A stretch of 64,000 bases of DNA, taken from Octopus sinensis (Eukaryota). A program made the translations under genes and the position numbers. Below, piece after piece: positions 11,577 to 24,664 of this stretch. Location: assembly GCF_006345805.1 (NCBI RefSeq), contig NC_043010.1, forward strand, positions 38,378,001 through 38,442,000. The letters run 5' to 3'. Below the pieces are notes generated by a model, which was not told where the DNA came from, searched no databases, and saw only the letters and a program-made list of their open reading frames with translations. Position 1 is the first letter of the stretch; each line of letters begins with the position of its first letter.

Positions 11577-11926
11577 ATATAATATTACGGCTACCAACAC
11601 CGCCGGTCAGTGACTGACCATTGAGTACTATTCTTGATGGCAAAGGATTCGTTATTGCTTAGTCAAGACGTGAGTCTGTGCCCATGTCTCTCTACAGGGC
11701 CTCCGAGAATCTTGGAGGGGATGAAGTTATCCAGAACAGGAGGTCAAGTGGCATGCATGCAATTGAGGGGAACTCTGCTAAAAGCGCCCAGGGACCAGGA
11801 GATAGAGCTAAACAGGTGACGGATTAAGATTACTACCCAAACAGGATTACTTGAACTCCCAGCGCAAAGGGCCAAACTTTTTAACATCATAACGATTTTT
11901 GGTGGTAATTTATTTATCGATACAAT

Positions 11927-12130
11927 GCGGCGAGCAGCAGAAACGTTAGTACGCTGGACGAAATGCTTTCGTCTGTCTTTGCGTTCTGACTTCAAATTCC
12001 GCCGAGGTTGACTTTGCTTTTCATCCTTTCAAGGTCGATAAATTAAGTACCAGTTGCGTACTGGAGTCGTTCTAATCGACTGGCCCCCTCCCGAAAAATT
12101 TCGGGCCTTGTGCCTAGAGTAGAAAAGAAT
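11927..12130 (+). mobile_element. SINE A, short-tail form
   Basis: Head, Meta-like domain and tail GGGCCTTGTGCCTAGAGTAGAAAAGAAT. Confidence 0.85.
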
Positions 12131-12353
12131 TTATTTATCGATACCGGAAGGATAAAAGACAAATTCGTACTTAGCTGGATTTGAACTCAGAATTCAATCA
12201 CCTTCAAATCCTGGAGGAACGTGTAGTGGAGAGTTTGGCTTGTTATCTGATTTCCTCGCATAAGGCCGACTGATGGTACTATTGAATCTAAGACAAAATA
12301 TATACTATAAGAATTGTTAGGCGGGTACTCTAACGATTCTGCCAACTGGCCGC
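12131..12353 (-). mobile_element. Decayed SINE A interrupted by a 95-bp insertion
   Basis: SINE A sequence on both sides of 12194-12288. Confidence 0.65.
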
Positions 12354-12996
12354 ATACTTAACCACACAACAAAAATAAAACTGTTTTTTTTTTTCCACAC
12401 TGTTAATAGTTGCGCCTTGCTTCCTTCAGACAGTCGACTTCAAATTCTCAGTCGGGGATTCAACAATAAAAAAGCGATAAAATAATTTTTATTATATGAA
12501 ACTTATCTTCATTTCACGAAGGGACTGAGAAGAATGGCTTGACGCCATTGCTTTTAATTTAACACCGAAGTAAACCAGCCCTAGTGTTCTCGATCCAACC
12601 ACGGGGCCTGTTACATGGTCGTTCGGCATGCGAGAAATAGCTACGAAATCTTCAAATTACATTCTATTGTCTAATAAACAAAGGACACGCTGGATAAGGC
12701 GGTCACGGGTTCCCCACGCTTGAGAAAAAGACGAGATTGTCACGACTGGGACGCCCATCACCATAGATCTGCTTGATCTCTGTTGAGTGACTGCGAAGAT
12801 GCTTTTGATAATCAGCCAGCTCAGTCAGGGCTGATCTCATTTAAACCACCACCACAACAATTTGGTCTTCTTTCACACAACAATGCTAAAAAGAATTATA
12901 TTGCTTTGCAGCTCGAGCCAAAGGCCACAAATTTTAGACCTTAGGTTGATACCAAACAACAAGGCATTCGTCCAGCGTACTGTTGATCCAACCAAT

Positions 12997-13038
<42 letters not shown>

Positions 13039-13088
13039 GTAATAATAGTAATAATTGCTCACTTTAGCGAAATTCATATTTTTCAAAT

Positions 13089-13482
13089 ACTAACAGTATC
13101 GCCCGGCGTTGCTCTGGTTTGTTTCGACCTTTTAGAATTGGAATTTTTGAAAAGTAAAAATTTTGCATTATGTAGCTTGTTATTCTCTTTAAGTGAACAT
13201 TTTTCTGGTTGAAATACACCGAAAAATGGCGACACAGCAATCAAAAAATCGTAAAAAATAGGGATTTTCATAGAAATAAAGCACCTTTTTGATGTAAATA
13301 ATTTTTGGTCTTAACATGGTCCGATATGAATTTTTTCTTCTACGGAAGGAAGAGCAAGCGTTCTTCTATCATAATCTCAATTTTGGTCAACTTGCACCGC
13401 AGGGTCTGGGAGGAGATAGTGTTAGTTGAAGGCTACCAAACCTGCCATACACAGACAACTTCAGCTTTATATAGAGAGAGAT
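13089..13482 (+). mobile_element. Helentron-associated non-autonomous element (HINE/DINE-like)
   Basis: 5' ACTAACAGTATCGCCCGGCGTTGCTC and 3' CAACTTCAGCTTTATATAGAGAGAGAT; termini shared with 48797-49107. Confidence 0.6.
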
Positions 13483-14171
13483 GTCCGCCGTACTGTTTTC
13501 CCGCCATTGCAACCAGTCAGAAAACTAACTGCCCTTCTTTTCCAAAAGAAGTGACCGGGAGCGTTTTACTCGGCCGAGAACCGTACACTGTAATTCCATA
13601 AGTCAATCATCTTCAAATCCTGGAGGAACGTGTAGTGGAGAGTTTGGCTTGTTATCTGATTTCCTCGCATAAGGCCGACTGATGGTACTATTGAATCCAT
13701 AGAGTTTATTTCTATTCAGCAAACCTCCTTAGTAGCACTGCTAGATCAAGTGTCTTCACGAATTAACCATAATCCTCGATGACTTCAGAGTCTCCGGATG
13801 AACATACTAAATACATCTTTGTCGACAAAATTCACCAACCTGTCGGACGTCACTCTTTATCCAATGTTAATCCTCTTTAGAATGCGATGGTGAATGTTCC
13901 GCTGGCCACATTGCCTACCTGCTGGGTTGTGAACGCCTGACAATAATTTCAGATAACCCAACGCCCGTCCTCGATGTTCACATCATTTGGGTTAGATTGC
14001 AGCTCAGTCGAAGAAACGACGAGTTGTGGAAAGACGAATTTAACATTTGCTCATTTGGTTTAATATATTATGGACGTAAGACAATCAGTGGTGGAGATGG
14101 GGAAAAGTGAATTTCTAAAGACCCGCCCACCATTTATAATAGTTCATACTTTAGTCCTAAATCAGCCCAGA

Positions 14172-14580
14172 TACTCTTACTCTTTACTCTTTTACTTGTT
14201 TCAGTCATTTGACTGTGGCCATGCTGGAGCACCGCCTTTAGTCGAGCAAATCGACCCCGGGACTTATTCTTTGTAAGCCCAGTACTTATTCTATCGGTAT
14301 CTTTTGCCGAACCGCTAAGTGACGGGGACATAAACACACCAGCATCGGTTGTCAAGCAATGCTAGGGGACAAACACAGACACACAAACACACACATACAT
14401 ATATATACATATATACGACAGGCTTCTTTCAGTTTCCGTCTACCAAATCCACTCACAAGGCTTTGGTCGGCCCGGGGCTATAGCAGAAGACACTTGCCCA
14501 AGATGCCACGCAGTGGGACGGAACCCGGAACCATGTGGTTGGTTAGCAAGCTACTTACCACACAGCCACTCCTGCGCCTA
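14172..14580 (-). mobile_element. SINE B, full length
   Basis: Near-identical to 1233-1672. Confidence 0.9.
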
Positions 14581-14909
14581 GATAGATTAATTATTTGATC
14601 AAAGACATTTAGCCGTGAACGTTCTATCATTTCAGAATTACAGGGAATCCGGCAACACGTTATCGAATGTGTCGTTTTAAAAGAGAAAAGAATATGATTT
14701 GAGGGAGCTCGATTACTCGTGTCAGTGCAAATCCAATCCCGCAGGAAGAAACGAATTGAAACGAATATAAAAAGTGAATGCGTGCTTACAAATTTCTTTT
14801 CCTCTGCAGATGATCGTGGCAAGCACGTGAAACTTTAGATTTAATGCCTGGGATGATTTTAATAAGCTATTAATTTTATATCTCCCAAAATAAACTGTGT
14901 TACTCTCGA

Positions 14910-14993
<84 letters not shown>

Positions 14994-15026
14994 ATACATA
15001 CACACACACAATTCCGTCCTCTGATA

Positions 15027-15096
<70 letters not shown>

Positions 15097-16158
15097 TGCA
15101 TATGTATGTATGTATGCATGTATGTATGCATTGCATGCATGTATACATAATGATATAATTATGAACTCATCACAAAATCACGTGTTACTGAATGAAAACA
15201 ACGACAGCAATAATAACACCAACATTATCATTAGCAACATCATCGTAATCATTACCATCATCGTAGTTGTCGTCGTCTTCATCATCAGCAGGAGCAGCAG
15301 CAGCAGCATCATTGCCGTCATAAGAATAACAACCTCAAAATCATCCTTTATCCTTACAGAAAATCAAACCAAAACAAACAAACAAACGAAACAGATACAA
15401 AAAAAAAGAGGCAGAAACTATTAAGATGATAAAGTTACTAACCACTATAATTAATACTTGCTCAAGGTTTAAGTAAATAAGTACATCATGTCAGTAAACA
15501 AGTCACAAGCAACTTATAGTGACTAATACAGACTACGAACCACACACACATATACACACACACACACACACGTGCACATACACGTGTACGTACACATACA
15601 CACGCACACACATACGTGTATATACATAGCTACCTTCACAATTACACAAATGCCACCATCATTGCTATGCCACATGCAACACGCAACAATACTAAGATAA
15701 CCGTAGGACTACCTAGGCATACTATCATTGCCGTTATTAAAGAAAAAAAAAGGCGACAAGATGACGAAGTCTTTAGTTTATAACACTGGAAAATATGCTT
15801 TTGTGGTATTCGTTTCAACACTTTATGTTCTGGGTTAAAATTCTTGCCCGCGCGGTCACTAGAATTTAGTGACCTCCTCAATTGGTATAATCATTTAACC
15901 ATTTAACTCTTCCAGAAACTCCGTTAATGAGCTGTTAATTCTCTATACAACTAAAACTCGGCAACATTAGTCCTAAACCAGGACTGCCATGTTATGTTGG
16001 CAAACAATCTTTACTACAAAGTACTGTTGCTGAATATCTCACGTTGTGAGATTTTAAAATAGTAATTTTCTAACTAAAACTCAGTTCTTGACAATTTAAG
16101 ATCTTATCCTGTTGTCTTTCATGTTAAAATACACCCTAATATTAAAATACACCCTGCT

Positions 16159-16495
16159 GAGACCCCCTTCGGTCATGACTGACCATGGGATTGAACCTAG
16201 AAAGTTACCCTCCCAGGCAAAAGTCCGGGCAAGGTTGTTTATGGAAGACCAGCAGTCGCCCATGCATACCGGTCTCCCCTCTCCACGCCACCAGTGTTAT
16301 CCAAGGGAAAGGCAAAGGGGCCGATACAGCTTGGCACCTGTGACGTCGCAACTCATTTCTACTGCTGAGTGAATTGGAGCAATGTGAAATAAATTGTCTT
16401 GCTCAAGAATACAACACGCAGCCCGGTCTGAGATTCGAACTCACACTTTCAAGATCGTTAGCTCGACGCTTTAACCATTGAGCCATGCGCCTTCA
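16159..16495 (-). mobile_element. SINE C, full length
   Basis: Homologous to 21439-21779; ATACACCCT on both flanks. Confidence 0.88.
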
Positions 16496-16582
16496 CGGAA
16501 ACATACACCCTAATACACCGAATATACTCGAAACACACCCTATTAAAATACATCCTAATACACCTAATATTTCTTTTTCCTA

Positions 16583-16775
16583 AGGTGGCGAGCTGGCAGA
16601 ATCGTTAGCACGCCGAGCTAAAGCTTAACAGAATTTCCTCTGTCTTCTGAGGTCGACTTTTTTCTTTCATCTTTTCGAGATCGATAAAATAGGTACCATT
16701 TGGGCCTTGAGTTCAATGTAACCGACTCACCTCCCCCACCGAACTTGCTGTCCTTGAACCAAAATTTTAAACCAA
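16583..16775 (+). mobile_element. SINE A, decayed
   Basis: Head GGTGGCGAGCTGGCAGAATCG and Meta-like domain. Confidence 0.75.
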
Positions 16776-17144
16776 TATTCCTTTTCCTCAAAACTCATTT
16801 TCGTTTTCATCGTGGCTACCACGGACACGACATTATTAAAAACACCAAAATTTCGAGTCTTAGATTTATCGCATCTCATTTTTTATGATCTTCTCTGTCT
16901 TGGAAGAACCCAGCCAACGTAGCCTTACATGTGATGCCTTCATCCTGGTTGTTTTTACCGCCTTTGACCATTCGATCAAATTGCATCAAATTGGCTTTTA
17001 ATCTTTGTGGAACATTCTTTTCGGCTGAATGATCCAACCTAATCAATACCTTACGCCACCCTCGGTACTGTCTGCATGGATATAAATACAGATATTTGTA
17101 TTAGTTGTGTATAAATGGTGGTGGGAGGGAATTTATTCCATTAT

Positions 17145-17410
17145 TCCAGTGGTTAGGCTTACAATCGTGCAGTTGTGATTTTGACTCTCGGACCAAGCTG
17201 AGTGTTATGTTCTTGAGCAAGACATTTTATTTCACGTTGCTCCAGTACATTCAGCTGTAGAAATGAGTTGCGACGTCAGTGGTGCCAAGCTGTATCAGCC
17301 CCTTTGCTTTCCCTTGGATAACATCGGTGGCGTGGAGAGGGGAGACTGATCTGCATGGTCTTCTTTAGGAGCAATCCCATGGTCATTCGTGACCGAAGGT
17401 GATCTTTACT
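17145..17410 (+). mobile_element. SINE C, decayed with internal deletion
   Basis: CTTGAGCAAGACATTTTATTTCACGTTGCTCCAG domain and tail. Confidence 0.8.
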
Positions 17411-17561
17411 CTTCGTGTGTGTGTGTGTATGACCTTTTACGTCTTAGAATAACCCACTCAATACTTCTTTATGTTCTGGGTCCAAATTCTCATTCGAGGG
17501 GTATCTTAGTCATGCAGGCTACATGACAATATCACTAGTAATGGTGCCACGAACAAAATGC

Positions 17562-17715
<154 letters not shown>

Positions 17716-18318
17716 GGCAACTGGATAGTGCTTCTGATAATAAAAGACAGTATGGTCACGGCTGGAATGCGTTTGATCTTAGGTTTCTTCGGTCAGAACT
17801 GACCAGGGATTAAGCAATTATATCTACTATTACTGTCTTCATATCAGTACTAATTGCTCCCGCCACCTTCGTACCACCAAGACAGCTGCTATACTACCAT
17901 TATCTCGACTATAACGCTACTACATACTCTCAGGTACATACACCTGTACATGCTTATGACCACATACACACACACATACACACACTAATGCTTACACGCA
18001 CGTATACAGATACACAGATAGATGCCACTCTTGTCTGTTTTAACGCCACTGTGTCACCTTTTACTGTTTTATCGCCTTAGTTCATCCCACCTGTTCCTCA
18101 CCTTCGCCTTCATCCTGCACCACCTTCCATCCCATTCAGCTGTCTCGCCTCCTCACACATTTCTTTCTTCACCACCACTAACACTATCTTCTTCATCATC
18201 CCCCCCTCTCCTTCCACAACCAAGTTCTCGGTCCTCCTCTACCCCTCACCATCTCCGCCACCGTAGTATAAGCTCATCACCTGAGCCGGTAAGTTAATTA
18301 TAGAGGTAGCTATTTGTT

Positions 18319-18354
<36 letters not shown>

Positions 18355-18798
18355 GGGTAAGAGTTAGCCAGAGGGAGATGGAGAGATGGGTGAGCGATAG
18401 AGGGAGGGAGAATGCGAAAGAAAAGACAGAGATACAGTGGGAGGGTGACATCAGCTTACTTGACTAAGCTAAGTGTCAAAATGTCCGGCTTTTCTTCTCG
18501 AGTATAGTGGAAAGCTGAAATTAATCTCTGCTTGCAGTGATGAGCTGTACCTGGCCACAGGACTTGTTTACAGCTACGTGATCTGAGCCAATGAGAGAAA
18601 AGTGTGGAAGGAAGTTGTAGAAAATAGAGCAAGTGCGAGTGATAGAGAAGTAGAAGACAATGCTGAAAGTATAAGGATGTTGTTGTGGTGGTGGTGGTGG
18701 TGTGGTGGTGGTGGTGGTGGTGGTGGTGGTGGTGATATGGTGACTGAAAACGGAGGTAGAATTGTGTGGTACAATGTTTGGGGTAAATTGACTAATGT

Positions 18799-19149
18799 TG
18801 GTACTCCGTCGGTTACGACAACGAGTGTTCCAGTTGATCTGATCAGCGTAACAACCTGCTCGTGAAATTAACGTGCAAGTGGCTGAGCACTCCACAGACA
18901 CGTGTACCCTTAACGTAGTTCTCGGGGAGATTCACAAAGTGTGATAAGGCTGTACAGGTACAGCAGAAACAGAAAGAGAAAGTTGTGGGGAAAGAGTATA
19001 GCAGGGTTCACTACCATCCCCTGTTGAGCCTCGTGGAGCTTTAGGTATTTTTGCTCAATAAACACTCACAACGCCCGGTCAGGGAATCGAAACCGCGATC
19101 CTACAACCGCGAGTCCGCAGCCCAAACCACTGGGTCATTGCACCTCCAC
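18799..19149 (-). mobile_element. SINE family D, full length
   Basis: Homologous to 48179-48540; 14-bp TSD AAATTGACT(A/G)ATGT at 18785 and 19150. Confidence 0.88.
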
Positions 19150-19774
19150 AAATTGACTGATGTAGTACTATGATTAATGTAGGTAAATTGGTGTGGTACC
19201 ATACCTTGGGTAGCCAGATTGGTGAGGTACAACGTCTGAAGTTAGGTAGAGTGGTGCGAGACTGTGTTTGGAGTAGATAAATTGCTGAGTTACCATTTCT
19301 GAGGTACGTAGATTGGTATGGTACTATATTGGGGGGGGGGGTGCATAGAGTGGTTGCAGCTTTGCTGAAAGAATAGTGTTGTTATTAATGGCGGACGTGG
19401 CATAGAAGAGATTATATGCTTTTCATACGCTTTTCATCGTCCCGAATTTTCTATTTTGTTGTCTCCGGGGAGTCGTGGTGGAAACTATTATTGGAACAGC
19501 AATAGGAATGCTCCTCCTGTGACCCCTTCGAATCACACCAGATTATGCAGCGTGGGCTTTCCTAAGACGAGAGAGAGAGAGAGAGAGAAAGAGGAGGAAA
19601 GGAGAGAAAGGGATAGGAGGGATGTTGAAGAAATTGAAAATTTGACTTCGGCGAAATTTGATCTTAAGGTGCAAGGGATCAAATACAACGAATAATGACT
19701 GCCCGATGAAGCCAAATACCTGACAAAAATTTGTGGTGAGAGCAAACGAGGGACGCTGAAAGAAAAGTACAAGA

Positions 19775-20162
19775 AACAAGAGCGCTTAAAGGGCGCAAAA
19801 CTCTGCCAAAGCAACACCAACATCCTCTCAACGATTAGCCGGAGATGGTTTTTAAAATGAGAATATCTGGAAAAAAAACTCGACTGCTCTCACAATCGAG
19901 AATACTATAAATGAACTAAAATGAACCCGATCGCTCTCAAAAAAAAAAACGTTTAAAAAACGGGAAAAATAATCCAGAATCCTTGTCCGGCACCGGATCG
20001 ATCCCAAAAATCTAATCAGTTTGTGCCAGTCACGAAGCCAAACATCCCTCAAAGTTTCATCCGAATCCATCCAGCGGTTCTTGAGATATCTTGTCCATGG
20101 ACAAACAAGCAAACAAACACGACTGGAAACAATACCTCCGCCTTCGCGAAGGCGGAGGTAAA
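19775..20162 (+). mobile_element. Helitron2/Helentron-type non-autonomous element
   Basis: 5' AACAAGAGCGC...AACTCTGCC and a 3' perfect 28-bp palindrome at 20133-20160; second partial copy at 60635-60808. Confidence 0.6.
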
Positions 20163-20981
20163 TATTGATATTTATTTTTTTCTTAGATTTCGTGACTCAA
20201 GTCAGTGACTGCTTCTGAGGTTGAACAATAATCCCTCTACCTAATGCCGTCATTTAATCCAGGATCAACATAGATCCTAGGCCAACCTTGATCGAATAGA
20301 ACTATTGATCAAAAGGCATTCGGCCAATTGTAAACACCCACGTCCGATTAAGGTTATTTAGAAGCTACATTATTAAACAACTAGCTGACCCCGTTTCGTC
20401 AAAAATGAAGGCTAATTGTTGTATTTTATATATAAATATGGATGGTAAGTCAAATTAATACATTTCTCAATGTTATCTCGTTTTTTTCTTTTGAGATGTG
20501 ACATCGATCATCGTTTGTTACTGAAAGAACGCTGGTTCACACATACAAATAGTCACGTACTTCCCTTGTTCAAGCACAGACATACACACATATACTCACA
20601 CGGAGTTGAAACGCTGTTGATTTTCGTTTTCAGCATTGAATGCTCACCATCCCACTTCCTTTGCACACACAGACACACACACACACATACACACACACTT
20701 CACATACCTCTCTTTTACATACTCACAGAGTTGAAACGTTCCCACTATCAATTTGCCACCACCCCTTCCTTTCTCATTCATAAGTTGTGACGGAGAATAA
20801 CACAGGAGTATTATTATAGAAGATGTGTACTTCATATTTCTATCTTTTAATGATGCAATTTCAGGGAGATTTTGCTGCTGCTATTTCTAGCAAGTTGAAC
20901 GACTACGTAGAGGCTCCCTAATCGACACGAGAATATGCATACAGACTTAAATACGTAAATGCATACATGCATTCATACACA

Positions 20982-21032
<51 letters not shown>

Positions 21033-21081
21033 ACACACACGCACATACGCGTACACATACATACATACATACATACATACA

Positions 21082-21115
<34 letters not shown>

Positions 21116-21325
21116 CATACACATATACATACATGCATGCATAATAAAAGGATCAAAGGTCGTTCCTGAAACAGTTTCATATGGTTTCCCAAATTCTGGA
21201 ACGTATATATTTCCTCCTGGAGAGGGCGCCAGTCCTTCGCAGGATTGCTCATTATTACCAGCTGAATAGACTGGCGCAACGTGTAAGGAAATGTTTGGTT
21301 CAAGAACACCAAAGCATCATATATA

Positions 21326-21421
21326 TAGGAGTGGCTGTGTAGTAAGTAGCTTGCTTACCAACCACATGGTTCCGAGTTCAGTCCCACTGCGTAGCACCTC
21401 GGCCAAGTATCTTCTACTATA
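21326..21421 (+). mobile_element. SINE B head fragment
   Basis: Head and start of the CORE-like domain. Confidence 0.8.
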
Positions 21422-21438
21422 TATATATATCACGTGAT

Positions 21439-21779
21439 GTGAAGACGCATGGCTCAGTGGTTAGAGTGTCGAGCTTACGATTGTGAGGTTGTGAGTTCGA
21501 ATCCCGGACCGGGCTGCGTGTTGTGTTCTTGAACAAGACACTTTATTTCACGTTGCTCCAGTTCACTCAGCTGTAGAAATGAGTTGCGACGTCACAGGTG
21601 CCAAGCTATATCAGCCTTTGTCTTTCCCTTGGATAACATTGGTGGCGTGGAGAGGGGAGACCGGTATGCATGGGCGACTGCTGGTCTTCCATAAAACAAC
21701 CTTGCCCGGACTTGTGCCTGGGAGGGTAACTTTCTAGGTGCAATTCCACGGTCAGTCATGACTGAAGGGGGTCTCAAAA
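21439..21779 (+). mobile_element. SINE C, full length with 14-bp TSD
   Basis: ATATATCACGTGAT at 21425-21438 and 21780-21793; A box TGGCTCAGTGG and B box GAGTTCGAATCC. Confidence 0.92.
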
Positions 21780-22889
21780 ATATATCACGTGATTACGTGA
21801 TCGCCTACACTATCGGATATCGTTATACCTCGCTGGCCACATTCTGCACAGTGAGACTCAACCTGAAACCATGTGAACTTCTTACTAATGCAGCCATGTC
21901 TGTTATACAAACACACACACACACAGCCCTTCGAAAATAAGGAACATTGACAGGGAATATTCGGGAACATTTTTGCCAAAATATCTGTCAAATACTGCGA
22001 TTAAAAAAAATAAGAAAATAAAAGAAAACGCAAAAAAAATTAAAAAGCATGCATATTGTTTGTTTAAATTGAAAATATTGTCAAAAACCTCATTTAAATT
22101 CTCGAAATTCATTCCGTTAATTCGTATGTTCAAAATTATGCCAAACTAAAGTTCAACATTTGACATACTTTTCTTATTTTCATTAAATTTTTCACTCTCT
22201 CTCTCTCTCTCTTTCTCTCTCGATCGCCCACTCTCTCCCTCCCTCTCTTCCTCTCTCCTATTGTTTTCTAAATGTCAACACGGAAGCTTTGTCAATTAAA
22301 ACTCTTGGTCTGTTGACTACACTTGAGGTAAAAAGGGCAACACAAAACAACACGTGGACAATACACAACACATCGTGTAATAACAAAGCTTGAGATAAAA
22401 TTAAAGCAAGTTACATGGCGGTTTTTAAGCCTTTCGCTGTGACATTTTAAACAGTCCTGACTATATCTTTGTATTCTCTTCGTACACTGAAAAAAAATGT
22501 AGGAGAGTATCCTGACATGTTTCACGGTTCGTTCTGGTGTATTTTACGGGCATGAGACATTTGCTAATAGCCGTTTGGCCCCACCTATTTCGACGCTGAC
22601 TTACTTGACATCAGATGTTTTAATATTTCTCTCATTCTCTTCTTCTCTACCTCACTCACTCTCTCTCTTCCCCTCTCTCTTTCTCTCTCCATCTCTCTCT
22701 CTCTCTCTTTCTGTCTATGTGTATAAATATATTTCTCTATGTATATGAAGAAAGGGACACTGTTTATGTGAATAGCGTTCAATTAATAAAATATCTCTGT
22801 AATAAATTATCATTTGTGTGTGTGTGCGTGTGGATGTACTAGTATGCATGTGTGTATTTGAAAGTGCTATATATATGTGTGCGTATATA

Positions 22890-23035
22890 GTGAGGGAAAT
22901 GTGACCGGCGATGTTTATCTGCAAATGCTTCAGAACTGGCTAATGGATGAGCTCATTACAAAGGAACATGAAAACTTCATTTTTCAACAAGACTGGGCTC
23001 CACCTCACTAGCTGCGAGGGAGATGGACCGGGCGT
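22890..23035 (+). pseudogene. Tc1/mariner-superfamily transposase fragment
   Basis: NVTGDVYLQMLQNWLMDEL...FIFQQDWAPPH resembles the second-Asp QQDGAPPH motif. Confidence 0.6.
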
Positions 23036-23914
23036 GCTGGTGATGAAGACACTGTAACCTTTTGATAGGGTCCAAGGTTATGGTTCATCACAATTCTGTA
23101 CTGTAAATTCGTGATATAAAGAAAAAGTTTAAGAAAATACAAATACAGAATGTATTAGATTGACGTTCGGGAAATGGAGAAAATGGAAAGAAATGTCTTT
23201 TTCTTTTCTAGTATTTACTTTTCCGAAAGATAGGATAGACAAAGGGAGAAAAGACGGAAGAAGGAAAACGGTGAAATAGAGACACTGGTGAAGATGCAGG
23301 AGGAAAGATTAGAGATCAGCCCCGTTGGTAAGGCAGAGCGTGATGCAATGTGAGACGGTAGGTTAGTGAAGATTTGGTAGATCGCTTTGATTTAAAAAAT
23401 ATCAACAACAGTATCAAGTAAGGTCCGGGAAGATACTAATCCAGGTAGAGTTCCAAGGGTGATTGCAGTGGTGAGCTAATCCTAGAGAAGGTGAGATTGT
23501 AAGAAGGATGGATCAAACTGAAGTGGCTATGGTGTATATACCATACATGATGCACAAAATACAATTGATTTCAGTGGTGTTGAGTAACTTTACAATATGT
23601 AATGTTCCCAGGTTGTCTTATATGGTTCTTTACTCACCAGATGGCGTACGATATACAGTCTGCAGCGAAGCTGAACACAAGATTTGATTAAATTGTATTT
23701 AAATGCCTTATCTACTCGGCGGTTTCATTTCTCTTAGAATTTTTGTAGAAATTTAGAGGCTACGAATGAAGGTTGATGTTGCTACGAGAGCGACCGATAT
23801 ACAAGAAGCAACAACCAAACCTACTTCAACTCAAACCTTGCTGTCTTAAAAAGGAACGGATACGCTGGACAGTGTAGCCCTTAATATATAAGAATATATA
23901 TATATGAATCGTTA

Positions 23915-24090
23915 AAACGCCGAGGGAAAATGCTTAACGGAAGTTCTGAGTTCAAATGTCGCCGGGGTCGACTTTGCTTCTCATCCTTTTGGAGTCGATA
24001 AAATAAATACCAACTGGACTCTGGGAGGCGATATAATCGGCTCATTCACTGCCCAAAATTGCTGGCCTTGTGCCAAAATTTGAAACCATT
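23915..24090 (+). mobile_element. SINE A, decayed
   Basis: B box and Meta-like domain. Confidence 0.7.
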
Positions 24091-24664
24091 ACATAATAAC
24101 TGAAATAAAAGGTGGTATGGTCGTGACTGGAATGCTTTAATTCTGCTCATTCAGAGACCACATGGATAAATAACAACAACAACGAGAGGCGTGATATAAG
24201 TGAGATCGGTAGAGTTTATATGAATCATCGAAACAAGGAAAGACGGGGTTTGCTGAAAAGATTAGCCGAAGAAGAGAAGTGAAACGAACGAGGGAGGACG
24301 GGATTTAGAGAACATGAAATACAAAGTTGAGAAAGTATGCATCAGACTATAAGACCATATGATGTAACTCTGTCATGTATATAACACGTGATCGGAATTA
24401 TCTTAAAGCGGTTCTGGATAAAGAAATCCCATTTATTAACCCTTGGTCTCTCTGATGGAACAAACCTGCAATCAAAAACTTTCCTATCACGATTATCCAA
24501 TCTTTATTTTTACACATCTGTCTAGAACTTCATTATCTAATATGGTCTTTTTTTTTTTCATTTTCCTTTTTAGAATAGCACGGAGTGGTTTGAGAAATAT
24601 TTGTCTGCTATTTCTAGCATGTTGAGAGCCACTCATTGACTCCTGCAGAAATTAAAGGTCCATA

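Noticed and set aside
11698-11815. Possible exon (TCTCTCTACAG ... CAG|GTGACG)
   Set aside because: Weak donor, no recognisable protein, and phase not compatible with the 18140 candidate.
21439-21520. tRNA-like sequences at SINE heads
   Set aside because: They have A/B boxes but no complete acceptor stem and continue into SINE bodies; they are not tRNA genes.
23040-23640. Non-repetitive segment interrupting the Tc1 fragment
   Set aside because: Probably a decayed retroelement 3' end, but no motif could be identified.
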